Of a stretch of DNA of 64,000 nucleotides, positions 18,740 to 28,526 are shown piece after piece (position 1 is the stretch's first letter; each line of letters begins with the position of its first letter). The position numbers and the translations under genes are program-made. Source of the stretch: a virus; the IMG/VR virus record IMGVR_UViG_3300015360_002415, positions 2,281 through 66,280 of that record, one strand, 5' to 3'. Below the pieces are notes generated by a model that saw nothing but the letters and a program-made list of their open reading frames with translations, had not been told where the DNA came from and did not search any database.

Positions 18740-19527
18740 GCTATACTCCATTTAGTCTTAAGATAAGCTAATAATTCTGTAGCTTCTCCTGCTGATAGTA
18801 AGCGACGAATAATAATAAATTCTGCTACTGTTCCAGTAATTGGATATTGTGTCGTAAAACGCCCACCTAAATACATTGCATTAGCATCCATAGTGCTACT
18901 AAGAAGATTAGCATCCATAGTTTGAGTACCTGTTTCTGTTCCATCTTCAGTTAAAACACAACAGGCACTAGATACCACTGTATTAGTTACATGACGATAA
19001 ACATGTAGTGTAGATGATGAGCCTTCAGTAGATAAAGCACTAGTACTAATCTGCCCACCGCTACCAATAGACGAAGCTATAGATGTATTATCTGGCTGGC
19101 GACTAAAAGATACGCAAGAAACAACTGCACCAACATACGTTTCATATAGAATTTGATAGCTGTTTAGAGTATCGCTGGTTTTTCCTACACACCAAATCTC
19201 AAACTGCGAGAGCCCTGTTATAGGCGCGGCTGTAGACATAAAATCCCCACCATCATACATAGGTGCGCAATGCCCATTTACTCCAGTGTCATTCCTAGTT
19301 GGTCGAGCGAGCGCAGATGTTTGTACAGCATCCAATCCATAAGAGCTTTTATCATCAATAACAGCGATCTGAACAGCATTATCTGCTAATGTTGTTTTAG
19401 CATCATCGGCATATAATGTATTAGTATCTTGTCCATCAAGCCATTGACCTAAATCTGAACCATAATTTGCTGGTGAAAATGCTATTGCAGTTCTTCTTCT
19501 AATTGATTGTGAATTTACCCATGCCAT
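18736..19527 (-). CDS. LamG/concanavalin-like beta-sandwich virion protein
   Basis: FSP...L.QWLDGQD, DKS..G, A.Q....RPT, YLGGR, G.VAEFII.R.LS..E...L.AYL.TKW. Confidence 0.65.
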   Translation of the reverse strand: MAWVNSQSIRRRTAIAFSPANYGSDLGQWLDGQDTNTLYADDAKTTLADNAVQIAVIDDKSSYGLDAVQTSALARPTRNDTGVNGHCAPMYDGGDFMSTAAPITGLSQFEIWCVGKTSDTLNSYQILYETYVGAVVSCVSFSRQPDNTSIASSIGSGGQISTSALSTEGSSSTLHVYRHVTNTVVSSACCVLTEDGTETGTQTMDANLLSSTMDANAMYLGGRFTTQYPITGTVAEFIIIRRLLSAGEATELLAYLKTKWSIA

Positions 19528-19529
19528 AG

Positions 19530-20966
19530 TTATACCATATATCCGGCAAGATAAAGATTTACTGCACCTGATGAAACATTTCCAGTAATTACTTTTTTAA
19601 CCCAAATTGTTTGTGCAGTTGTGTAAAATGCTTCATAACCTCTTGTCGAAAGCATATCTGAACCCAATTGAGATGTGAGATCTCCAATTAATGTACCAGC
19701 TACACCAACAGATTGATCAGTCAGTATTGTTATACCACCTGAAGCAGTACCAATGCCTAATGTGGCAGATCCACCTCCACCTATTGTGGTTTTAGTTCTA
19801 AATTCAGCGCGAACTAACTTAAAATTAGTAGGTAATTTTATATAATCAGTGTTATTCGTTGTTCCTGCAAGTTCAATTGGAATTAACCACGTAATACCCC
19901 CACCTTGACTACCTCCACTATAAATTATATTAGCAAATGTTTGGTCAGTTTCAACACAGGTTATTGAGCCACGAGGCAAATAGACACCTGTACCCGTTGC
20001 TCCAATGGCGGTTACAGCAAATGCTCCAGTAGTAGCGTTATATAGTTCCCATTTTTTATTTTCCATCAAAGGCATAACAATGCTCTTATCAGCAGTTAAT
20101 ATTCCTCTGAATTCAATTCTATTATTGATTGCAATATTCTCAGAAACTACCGTAGTGGCGCCAGAACTTATATCTGAATACAATGTTTTTCCAGATATTA
20201 AATATCCAATATTAGGTATTACATTAGATATGTCAGTTGTATTTATGTACGGTTCATCTAATGTTCCATCATATGGTAATAAAACAATGCTATTTTGATT
20301 TTCAGTTGTTGTTAAACCATCAAGATTGTCTTGAGAGGTTGAAAGAAAACCAGTAACACCTATTTGTCTTAGTATAAGTAAATTATTGCTAGTAGCTACA
20401 GCAGTTTTAATAGATATGTCTTCAAGAAAACCATAACCATCATTAACAAGAGTTAATGTTGTGTTACCCATAAGGGTAATTGCCTCTACCGTACCAGCTA
20501 CTATTTTCGATGAATCTAAATGTATTGTTACATCACCAGTAACATCTAATGCTGAAACGCTTCCAGTTGATTTTAAAATAACATTATTTTCCAAAATAAG
20601 AATTGAATCATCAGATAAACTCATAGGTATTACCGATGTAGCTTTACAATCAATGGTTAAAGCATTTGATATTTTGCAAAGATTATTTATGTTAGAACCT
20701 TCTGCAAGCTCTAATACGTTTTGACGAGCAAGATTTCCACTTAAATAAACCCTATGTTCAAAATTATATGTTCCGCTTGGTATAGAGGCAGTTCCAAGAC
20801 TACTATCAATTAATATAGTTACAGCGCTCGTTGTAAGCCCAACAGCGGTCCAAAGAGTACTCCAAGTATTATATTGGTTACCATTGTTTGAACTGCCTGG
20901 TTTAAATATGAATGAGCTATTAGCTGCATAACCATCTCCACCACTAGATTCGCCAGCATATGTCAT
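19530..20966 (-). CDS. Tail fibre-like protein
   Basis: Thr/Gly/Ser-rich beta-strand repeats; G.LTA...IV.P....W...N.TTGAF.VT fibre module. Confidence 0.65.
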   Translation of the reverse strand: MTYAGESSGGDGYAANSSFIFKPGSSNNGNQYNTWSTLWTAVGLTTSAVTILIDSSLGTASIPSGTYNFEHRVYLSGNLARQNVLELAEGSNINNLCKISNALTIDCKATSVIPMSLSDDSILILENNVILKSTGSVSALDVTGDVTIHLDSSKIVAGTVEAITLMGNTTLTLVNDGYGFLEDISIKTAVATSNNLLILRQIGVTGFLSTSQDNLDGLTTTENQNSIVLLPYDGTLDEPYINTTDISNVIPNIGYLISGKTLYSDISSGATTVVSENIAINNRIEFRGILTADKSIVMPLMENKKWELYNATTGAFAVTAIGATGTGVYLPRGSITCVETDQTFANIIYSGGSQGGGITWLIPIELAGTTNNTDYIKLPTNFKLVRAEFRTKTTIGGGGSATLGIGTASGGITILTDQSVGVAGTLIGDLTSQLGSDMLSTRGYEAFYTTAQTIWVKKVITGNVSSGAVNLYLAGYMV

Positions 20967-21020
20967 ATTGTGCCCTTATAACTGTTGTACTAATACAGTT
21001 ATATGAAGAAATATGCCATA

Positions 21021-21578
21021 TCAAATATTACTATGATGAAGAGATAATACTGAATCTACAGCTTTTACCCTCTCCTGCATATTATCTATTGGTAGCTGAA
21101 AATATCGTAACCCCCACATTTCTAGCATAAATTTTATCATAGAATCAATAGCGACGATTCCATCCCAATTTATACTTTCTCTAACACCGTCATCCTTGAG
21201 GGTTGCCTTCGATGGTCTGACGAAAAATATAAATGACTCAGGCGTTCTCAGAATTTCAAGGTAAGTCATCAACTCCTGTGAGTGAAGAACGCTAGGTAAA
21301 ATTCTCGAATGCTGTGCGGCATAAGCTAAACAATCGAAACTTCTATCAGAAACAAAAGATGTTTGCTTGCTTTCTTCAGTTACCTGTCTATTAAATATCT
21401 GCTTCTGATATTCATCGACCACATCTAGATTAGTACGTAATGAATCTAAATGAAGTTCTTTCTCAGATAGAATCATACGAGCTACCTCTGTAATCATTGG
21501 TACCTTGTACTTTTCTGATACATATCTAGCTAGCGTTGTTTTCCCTGTGCTATGTGCCCCTATAAAATATATTCTCAT
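21021..21578 (-). CDS. P-loop nucleotide kinase-like ATPase (AAA_28/NadR-like)
   Basis: GAHSTGKTT Walker A, EVAR, SDRS.D..AY. Confidence 0.8.
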   Translation of the reverse strand: MRIYFIGAHSTGKTTLARYVSEKYKVPMITEVARMILSEKELHLDSLRTNLDVVDEYQKQIFNRQVTEESKQTSFVSDRSFDCLAYAAQHSRILPSVLHSQELMTYLEILRTPESFIFFVRPSKATLKDDGVRESINWDGIVAIDSMIKFMLEMWGLRYFQLPIDNMQERVKAVDSVLSLHHSNI

Positions 21579-21745
21579 GATAAATCACTAATGAGCCTTT
21601 TAAACTCTTCAATTGTTAATTCAACTGCATTAGTAATCTTCTTCAACGGATTATTTCCATCTTTAGCTTGAATCATAATCATAACTTTACCATTATTTGA
21701 TTTACGAGCTTCAATGAAACTCTTATCTTTAAACTCTATTTTCAT
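21575..21745 (-). CDS. Small hypothetical protein (56 aa, MKIEFKDKSFIEARKS...)
   Basis: Hand-translated; ATGA overlaps at both ends. Confidence 0.7.
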   Translation of the reverse strand: MKIEFKDKSFIEARKSNNGKVMIMIQAKDGNNPLKKITNAVELTIEEFKRLISDLS

Positions 21746-22008
21746 GTAAATGCCTTTATCTTTTTGAATCTATTCCATCTTTTAAGTAAATTCTCTATAC
21801 TAGAAACGAGTACTAATTTATGATATTTTATTCTCCAATAGCCACGTTGTTCAACTATACCGCTGGCACTATAAGGTAGCCATAAAGTCAGATTATCAAT
21901 TGGATTTTCACATGGAAACGTCTTTTCAAAAATAGTAATAGTGTCAGAGTAATACTTTTGTAACTCTTTTTTTATTATCTTTAAAGCTAATTTAGTTTTA
22001 TGTTTCAT
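21742..22008 (-). CDS. Small hypothetical protein ending NRFKKIKAFT, paralog of 22005-22256
   Basis: Shared M.HK..LAL, FE..FPCE.P, SS.EN..KRW.RF. Confidence 0.75.
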   Translation of the reverse strand: MKHKTKLALKIIKKELQKYYSDTITIFEKTFPCENPIDNLTLWLPYSASGIVEQRGYWRIKYHKLVLVSSIENLLKRWNRFKKIKAFT

Positions 22009-22256
22009 GTAAAAGCTGCTAAGTTAGTGAATCGATCCCAGCGTTTCCAGAAGTTTTCTACACTAGAAATTTGAACATGATAAATATATTGCCATTCTTC
22101 ACCGTTTTTAGAGTAAGTAAGGAATGCTTGACCTACCATAAATGGATTAGGATGTTCGCATGGGAAATTTTCTTCAAAACTCTCTAATGTTGCCCTACTA
22201 TACTGCGATAAGGTTTTATCAATTTCATCTAATGCTAAATATATTTTATGTCTCAT
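22005..22256 (-). CDS. Small hypothetical protein ending DRFTNLAAFT
   Basis: Tandem paralog with ATGA overlaps. Confidence 0.75.
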   Translation of the reverse strand: MRHKIYLALDEIDKTLSQYSRATLESFEENFPCEHPNPFMVGQAFLTYSKNGEEWQYIYHVQISSVENFWKRWDRFTNLAAFT

Positions 22257-23053
22257 AAATTTCTATCCGTTAAAATCTCTACTCTGTCTTCATGAACAAA
22301 AACGCTATGCTCGAAATGAGCACCAATATCTTTCACAACAACTGTCCATCCATCAGATAACGTTTTAGTCTCAGCCGTATTACCAACGACTAACATAGGC
22401 TCTATAGCAATCGCTAGACCAGACTGTATTCTAATACCTTCATCTGGGGTAGATTTATTTTCTACAAATGGCGGGGCATGAGGAGTATCCCAATCTAAAC
22501 CATGTCCACCATAATTATTGACAGAAGCAAATCCATCACCTTTCGCTGATTTGTGGATGGCAAATCCTATTACTCCGAGTTTTTTACCAACCGCAATTGC
22601 GCGAATACCCTTCATTAAAGCGTCTTCTGTAGCTTTAACTAATTTTATATGTTCTGGAGTTATTGGTTCTCCATAAATACACGTCAAGGCAGCATCTGCA
22701 ATAGCTCCTTGATAAGTAGCTCCTAAATCAAAACTGATTACATCACCAGATTTGAATTGGATATCTTTTGGAATACCGTGAACGAGTTCTTTGTTCACAG
22801 AAATACATACGGCTGCTGGAAAGCCCTTATAACCTTTGAATGTGGCGGTGCATCCAGAGTCTAACATAATCTTCTCAGCTTCTTGGCTGAGTTGTGATGC
22901 TGTTAGACTGGTACCATCGAGCACGGCTTTTTGTAAATAGTTTAGGCAACTAGCAACACATTTGCCAGCTACTCTTTGCTTTTCAAGCCAATTCTGATCT
23001 TTTAATTTAAAAAAGCCATTCGTACTGAATGACCCTTTGGAATCTATTCTCAT
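22253..23053 (-). CDS. map: Methionine aminopeptidase type I
   Basis: GYKGFPAAVCISVN..VHGIP, D.G, D.A, GHG, H..P, IEPM, DGWTV, AHFEH. Confidence 0.95.
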   Translation of the reverse strand: MRIDSKGSFSTNGFFKLKDQNWLEKQRVAGKCVASCLNYLQKAVLDGTSLTASQLSQEAEKIMLDSGCTATFKGYKGFPAAVCISVNKELVHGIPKDIQFKSGDVISFDLGATYQGAIADAALTCIYGEPITPEHIKLVKATEDALMKGIRAIAVGKKLGVIGFAIHKSAKGDGFASVNNYGGHGLDWDTPHAPPFVENKSTPDEGIRIQSGLAIAIEPMLVVGNTAETKTLSDGWTVVVKDIGAHFEHSVFVHEDRVEILTDRNL

Positions 23054-23080
23054 TACTTACCTATATGGAATAATGTTTAA

Positions 23081-23359
23081 TTATGGAATCTTAACGATAA
23101 CTTCTACTTCTACTTCAGAATGTTGAAAGGAATGTAATTTGAATTTACTACCTGCATTCAACAAATGTTCCGCAGCAGGCATAAGAAAATCAATCTCAGC
23201 CTGTGCAGTAAAATCATCACGCATCTCTTCAAGAAAAATCACTCTTATGGTCCAATCGTTAGGGACAAGATCCTTAGTACAAGTAATCCATTCTTTTCTA
23301 ATACCAACTTTTGATTGTGGAAAATTCTTAAATGTAAACTTACAAATCGCACTTGCCAT
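23081..23359 (-). CDS. Small beta-barrel protein, weakly EF-Tu domain III-like
   Basis: AEIDFLMP...L.AGSKF.L...V.V pattern. Confidence 0.45.
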   Translation of the reverse strand: MASAICKFTFKNFPQSKVGIRKEWITCTKDLVPNDWTIRVIFLEEMRDDFTAQAEIDFLMPAAEHLLNAGSKFKLHSFQHSEVEVEVIVKIP

Positions 23360-23607
23360 TATGACTTTTTTAGTCCCGATTTGATATTGGTTAATCTTGC
23401 AGCAGTTTCTATGACAGAACGAACGTCGGAATAACCAATATACTCTTTGAACTCAACGTCTTTAAGTATATCGATTATCTTTTTATCCAACAATAATAAG
23501 ATACCGTTAAGCTCTTTAACGGTACCTCTATCTACAGTTGGATTACTAGAAGAATTTACGACATATGCTCTGATTGTAATTAGGTCAACAAGTTCTTTTA
23601 GTTCCAT
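23359..23607 (-). CDS. Hypothetical protein
   Basis: 82-aa ORF, TAATG coupling to the downstream gene. Confidence 0.7.
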   Translation of the reverse strand: MELKELVDLITIRAYVVNSSSNPTVDRGTVKELNGILLLLDKKIIDILKDVEFKEYIGYSDVRSVIETAARLTNIKSGLKKS

Positions 23608-23610
23608 TGA

Positions 23611-23859
23611 TTAACCATTACTCTTATCTTTAGCGCCACCACGAATAATGTTGCCAGATTCGTCAATTGCATCCTGAGCTGTTAAACCATATTTCATATA
23701 CAATTGAAGTATCATGTATTTATAGCTAACATCAGCAGTTTCATTCTGCGCCAAAGCTTTCTCCGCTTGAGCTAATGCTAATCTTTTATTAGCCTTAGCT
23801 ACTTCTACTATCATACGATCACTATCAGATAATTTCTCAACTACTTCTTTCTCGGTCAT
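23611..23859 (-). CDS. Hypothetical coiled-coil protein
   Basis: Likely start MTEKEVV at 23859 with AGGAG RBS. Confidence 0.7.
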   Translation of the reverse strand: MTEKEVVEKLSDSDRMIVEVAKANKRLALAQAEKALAQNETADVSYKYMILQLYMKYGLTAQDAIDESGNIIRGGAKDKSNG

Positions 23860-23869
23860 AGAAAACTCC

Positions 23870-26386
23870 TTACAATATTTCAGCGGCGGTCGTAGCAAGC
23901 CTGCTTCTCTCACCCTTGGTGAAAGTGATATGCCCTGCCAAACCGGAGTGTTTAAACTTTTCAATTACATGCGTCAATCCGTTGCTTAAAGCATCGAGTG
24001 ACGTGTTATCGATTTGTTCTATATCACCTGTAAGTATAATTTTTGTACCTTCTCCTGCACGAGTTAGGATGGTTTTTACATCTTCTTTCGTTAAGTTCTG
24101 GCACTCATCTACCAAGATAATTGCTTTTGGAATACTTCTACCACGGATATATGTGATGGCTTCCATTTCAATCTTACCCTTCTTTTGGTACATTTCTAAT
24201 TCACGTTTCCAATTATCGCCATTCTTACTAGTGAATAAATGTTCAAAATTATCTAGAATAGCTTGGAACCATGGACCTAACTTTTCTTCCATTGTATTAT
24301 GAGTTACTATAAAATTATCAGTCAAATAAAGATGTTCTGGATTTTCCACTAAAATGCATTGAACCTCTTTTTCACCAACAAAATCAATTGATTTAATAGA
24401 TATTTTAGATGGATTCTTATTTTTATTATGTCTATTAGCTTTTCTTTTTAAGAAAAATGGGTTTATTTCTCCAGGCAAAGAAATTGTAAACTCGTAAGAT
24501 ACTCTTTTTGCAATTATTTTAACGCCATTTATAATATTACTTTTTCCTATTCTATTTCTTTCATGTATAGTAGCTCTTCCACCTAATGATTGCACAAGCT
24601 CTACCATATCGTTTGCTAATTTTAATGATGTGGTACAAAAAGACATCTCGCCATTATTTTTTATAGTTCCATCTGTATCCATTAAACCACGAAGTAAATC
24701 TATACGATCCTCTATAGAAGATTGCAAATAAATTTTAGGAATAAATTTATCATATGATTTTTTATTAAACAAATTAAGACTTAATAACTCTCTAATTATA
24801 GGATGAGAGCTTACCATTTTTTTATTTATGTATGTATAAGTAAAACCAGAAATTTGTTTATTTTTATTACAATTTCTACTAATAGATCCTGCTCTCATAT
24901 TCATAGTTTTGGCTGCTTTTGATATACAATCATAAGTAGTTGAATCACCATTAGTAACATTTGTAATTTTTACAGATTTTGCACCCCTTTTCCCATATTG
25001 AATTTTTGGATAAAATCTATAAGATAATTTATTTATATTAGAATTAACCACATTACAATCAAATTTTGACAACTCTGATACTACACGTTCAATTACCTCA
25101 TTATCTTTAGTATAATAAGTTACATGATTATCAGTAACAGAGCCATCGCCTAGCAATGCGCCTAAAGAATATGGTGGTATTAAAAGTTGTTTTTTAGAAA
25201 AATGAACTGGTAAGTTTCTTGGTAAATAATATTTATTCTTATCTAAGGAATCAATAATTATTTTAGTTGAAACAATTTTATTTTCATTATTATGAGTTAC
25301 TGACCATAAATGATCTTCGCAGCATTCTGTGCTTGTGCCATCAGAAGTAGTTAATTTATAGACTTTTTTATTACCTTTGGGAAAAATATTTAAAACTTTT
25401 GTTGCTAAACCATCTCTACCAATTACTTTCATTCCTGGAATGATTTCTCCCATTGTTTTCCAGCCATCTGGAGTTACGATTTTAGCATCAAGTGGTTGTG
25501 GGCCAGGCAAATAGCCAATATCATTCCCGACAGCTTGAATTGGTCTATAAATAATAAACTTATCATATGCTTTTTGATTAATTACTAATTCTAATGCAGC
25601 AGCAAGAACCATTAAGCTCTTACCTGTACCAGCCTTACCAATCAATGTGACCAAATCAACATTTTTATCCATCATAAGATCAACAGCGAAAGTTTGTTCT
25701 TTGTTTCTGCATGATATACCCCATGGATAGTACTTCTTGACAAGTTTAACTTTATCATCAGATACTTTACGTCCCATGGCAATACCATCACCATTTTCAT
25801 TTTCAAACATAACACATTCATTGTGATGAAGATTTAGGTCGAAAAATTGTGGATTGATATGTCCAAATTTTTGAAGTTCTAATCCAGCTTCTTCATGAAT
25901 AAAAGTCTGGTTTCCAGCGAATAGATCAGTAAATGAATAGTTATGTTCTTCATATGACTGAGCGCCCATGCCTCTTGCTTTTGCTTTAATCCTTAAATTG
26001 ATGTCATTGCTTACCAATGTAACATCATTGGTGGGGTGAGATAGAAAGTTTAGATATGCACAGGCTAAAATCTGTGTATCGCCGTATGCTGGATCACCGA
26101 ATCCAGAATATTGTGACGTTGTAGTATCAATATGTTCAGCATCAACTCTAATGAAAATATCATTATCTATCAAAATACCAACAGAAATATCTCCTAAACT
26201 GCTTAATTCATCTATCAATCTAATACTGACTCTGGCATTCTTACCTGCGCCATCAGACTGTTTCTTTAGCTTATCTAATTCGTTTAGCACAACAATAGGG
26301 ATGATGACATCACAATGTGCAAAGCTCTTGTAAGAGGATGGATCAGTAACTAAAACCGAGGTATCTAAAACGATTGTTTTTCTCAT
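23870..26386 (-). CDS. phoH: PIN-PhoH (PhoH2/YlaK-like) ATPase containing an intein
   Basis: VLDTSVL PIN domain, GKAGTGKS, IGYLPG|intein|TMEEK, YIRGRS, DECQN, TRAGE, GD..QID. Confidence 0.93.
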   Translation of the reverse strand: MRKTIVLDTSVLVTDPSSYKSFAHCDVIIPIVVLNELDKLKKQSDGAGKNARVSIRLIDELSSLGDISVGILIDNDIFIRVDAEHIDTTTSQYSGFGDPAYGDTQILACAYLNFLSHPTNDVTLVSNDINLRIKAKARGMGAQSYEEHNYSFTDLFAGNQTFIHEEAGLELQKFGHINPQFFDLNLHHNECVMFENENGDGIAMGRKVSDDKVKLVKKYYPWGISCRNKEQTFAVDLMMDKNVDLVTLIGKAGTGKSLMVLAAALELVINQKAYDKFIIYRPIQAVGNDIGYLPGPQPLDAKIVTPDGWKTMGEIIPGMKVIGRDGLATKVLNIFPKGNKKVYKLTTSDGTSTECCEDHLWSVTHNNENKIVSTKIIIDSLDKNKYYLPRNLPVHFSKKQLLIPPYSLGALLGDGSVTDNHVTYYTKDNEVIERVVSELSKFDCNVVNSNINKLSYRFYPKIQYGKRGAKSVKITNVTNGDSTTYDCISKAAKTMNMRAGSISRNCNKNKQISGFTYTYINKKMVSSHPIIRELLSLNLFNKKSYDKFIPKIYLQSSIEDRIDLLRGLMDTDGTIKNNGEMSFCTTSLKLANDMVELVQSLGGRATIHERNRIGKSNIINGVKIIAKRVSYEFTISLPGEINPFFLKRKANRHNKNKNPSKISIKSIDFVGEKEVQCILVENPEHLYLTDNFIVTHNTMEEKLGPWFQAILDNFEHLFTSKNGDNWKRELEMYQKKGKIEMEAITYIRGRSIPKAIILVDECQNLTKEDVKTILTRAGEGTKIILTGDIEQIDNTSLDALSNGLTHVIEKFKHSGLAGHITFTKGERSRLATTAAEIL
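24296..25501 (-). mobile_element. 402-aa class-3-type intein with LAGLIDADG endonuclease
   Basis: Begins PQPLDAKIVTPDGW, ends YLTDNFIVTHN before Thr; DHLW, VQCI; LGALLGDG and LRGLMDTDG; removal restores IGYLPGTMEEK. Confidence 0.92.
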
Positions 26387-26751
26387 GTGCTCTCTTGTTC
26401 AAAAAGTGACCAATAACTAATTTCCATTTCCAAATACAGTTGTTTTCTAGGATCAATTTGGCTGAGATCCCGTTTTAACTTATATGTGCATTTATTCCAT
26501 TCTCCAGCTAAATCCCCCTCGGCAAACACCTGCATGTGTCCATCAAGGTCATCTATAACTTGGATGTTAAACGTTGACAATATACTTCTCAACTTAATTT
26601 TTTGTTCAATGGATAAAGGATCATCACTGGTCCAAAATTCCTCAATAGGAACGCCCATTTGTTCCAGCAGGTTGCGAAGAAACTTATATTTTTCTTCATC
26701 TTCAACCTTACTGGTACTTTCATTATAGTTGAGAAGTATTGTGCCTTTCAT
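26383..26751 (-). CDS. Hypothetical protein
   Basis: 122-aa ORF with ATGA overlap to phoH. Confidence 0.75.
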   Translation of the reverse strand: MKGTILLNYNESTSKVEDEEKYKFLRNLLEQMGVPIEEFWTSDDPLSIEQKIKLRSILSTFNIQVIDDLDGHMQVFAEGDLAGEWNKCTYKLKRDLSQIDPRKQLYLEMEISYWSLFEQEST

Positions 26752-26762
26752 TCTTAAATCAA

Positions 26763-26777
26763 ATGCTAGTTAATTGG
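26763..26777 (-). promoter_or_regulatory. Candidate phage promoter CCAA-TTAACT-AGCAT
   Basis: Motif match; a second copy, ATAA-AATCTC-AGCAT, lies immediately upstream. Confidence 0.3.
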
Positions 26778-26794
26778 TATATGCTGAGATTTTA

Positions 26795-28492
26795 TTAAGC
26801 TTCGCACGCCTTGCAGTCATTTTCGCTGCGAGAAGCTAAATCACTTTTAATAACACCATCGCTTCTAAGATAATATAAAGTCTTAAGACCATTTTTCCAT
26901 GCAGCAATATGAGCATCATGAATATATTTAGCTGATGAATTAGAAGCAAAAAATAAATTAACAGATTGTGCTTGATCTACCCATTTTTGCCTTTGAACTG
27001 CTAATTTAACTATAGTATGTTGATTAATCTCTCTAGCAGTTAAGAAAACTTCTTTTTCATTATCACTAAGAAAACTCAAATGTTGTATACTTCCACTCTG
27101 TTCATTTATAGATTTCCAAATTTCTGGAGTATTCTTTTCTTTTTCAATTAGAAGTCGTTCCAAAATCAAGTTTTTTCTAATAAATGTTCCTTTTGCCGAT
27201 TTTTGAGTATAAACATTTGCGGACAATGGTTCAATTCCAGCACTATGACCACCTGAAATAGTAGAATTAGAAACTGTTGGAGCAATAGCTATTAAATGCG
27301 TATTACGTCTATCAAAACCTTTGCACCATTCTGGCTCACCTAATTCTTTAGCTAATATGGCAGTTTCGAATTCAGCCTTCTCTCTTATTGTTCTAAAGAT
27401 TTCCGCATTCAATTGCATTGTTTCAAAACAATCAAAAGGTAAACCTTTTTCCTGTAACATTGAATGCCAACCTAAAACTCCAATACCAATAGCCCTTCCC
27501 TTAATGGCTGAATTTCTAGAGGCTTCCATCCCTTTAATATGTTCGGTCTTTTTAATATATTCAGATAAAACAGCGTCTAGAAATCTAACTGCAATATTTA
27601 CAGTATCAGTATCTTTCCATTCATCCCAACGAACAAGGTTCAATGATGATAGACAACATACAAAACTATGTTCTGGATCTGTGTACAATGTAATCTCACT
27701 ACAGATATTTGATGTCTTAACAACTAGTCCATTATCTGTATAACATTTTGGATTGTTATTATTTACATTATCTGAAAAGAATAGATATGGCTCTCCTGTT
27801 TCTACTCTAGCTTTAAGAATTTCAGCCCATAATGCACGTTTATTTCTATCACCGTCAATCATAGAATTCATCCAAGCATCTGAAATACAGATGCCATGAT
27901 TAATGTTTAAACAACGACGATTAACATCACCTGTTGGTCTTCTTAGATTAATGAATTCTTCTATATCTAAATGCTCAATTGGTAGATAAATAGCTGAAGC
28001 ACCTCTACGAGTTGATCCTTGTGATACGCTTACTGTTGTAGTATCGAATACTTTTGCCCAAGGGATAACTCCTTCAGATATTCCATTACCTTTAATCTTA
28101 GCACCTCTACCACGAATATCACCAAAATAAATACCAACACCAGCACCATTCTTAGATAAAATTGCAAGCTCATAATTCTTCATGAAGATAGAATCCAAAT
28201 TGTCAGCAACATGAATTGAGTTGCAAGATATTGGTAATCCTCTATCAGTACCTAAATTAGAACATACTGGAGATGCTGGGCACAACCAGTTTTTCCACAT
28301 AACATCAAAGAATTTCTCTTCCCACACTTTAGAATCTTCATAATAACTTGCGGCTGCTTTAGCAAGTCTCGCATACATTTTACGAGGAGTCTCATCTTTC
28401 AATAAATATCCAGATGATAATGTTTTGTAACCAAACTCTTCCATCCATTCTGGTGCTTCGCCTGCCGCTTTTAATTCATCTAATTCGTTCAT
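26795..28492 (-). CDS. nrdA: Ribonucleotide reductase class I alpha subunit (short, no ATP cone)
   Basis: PISC, GAGVG, QGSTRRGA, TGEPY, SNICSEI, APT, DQAQSVN, KTLYY, C-terminal CKACEA. Confidence 0.95.
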   Translation of the reverse strand: MNELDELKAAGEAPEWMEEFGYKTLSSGYLLKDETPRKMYARLAKAAASYYEDSKVWEEKFFDVMWKNWLCPASPVCSNLGTDRGLPISCNSIHVADNLDSIFMKNYELAILSKNGAGVGIYFGDIRGRGAKIKGNGISEGVIPWAKVFDTTTVSVSQGSTRRGASAIYLPIEHLDIEEFINLRRPTGDVNRRCLNINHGICISDAWMNSMIDGDRNKRALWAEILKARVETGEPYLFFSDNVNNNNPKCYTDNGLVVKTSNICSEITLYTDPEHSFVCCLSSLNLVRWDEWKDTDTVNIAVRFLDAVLSEYIKKTEHIKGMEASRNSAIKGRAIGIGVLGWHSMLQEKGLPFDCFETMQLNAEIFRTIREKAEFETAILAKELGEPEWCKGFDRRNTHLIAIAPTVSNSTISGGHSAGIEPLSANVYTQKSAKGTFIRKNLILERLLIEKEKNTPEIWKSINEQSGSIQHLSFLSDNEKEVFLTAREINQHTIVKLAVQRQKWVDQAQSVNLFFASNSSAKYIHDAHIAAWKNGLKTLYYLRSDGVIKSDLASRSENDCKACEA

Positions 28493-28526
28493 ATTTTACT
28501 ACTCTTATAGGTTATGTATTATTATC

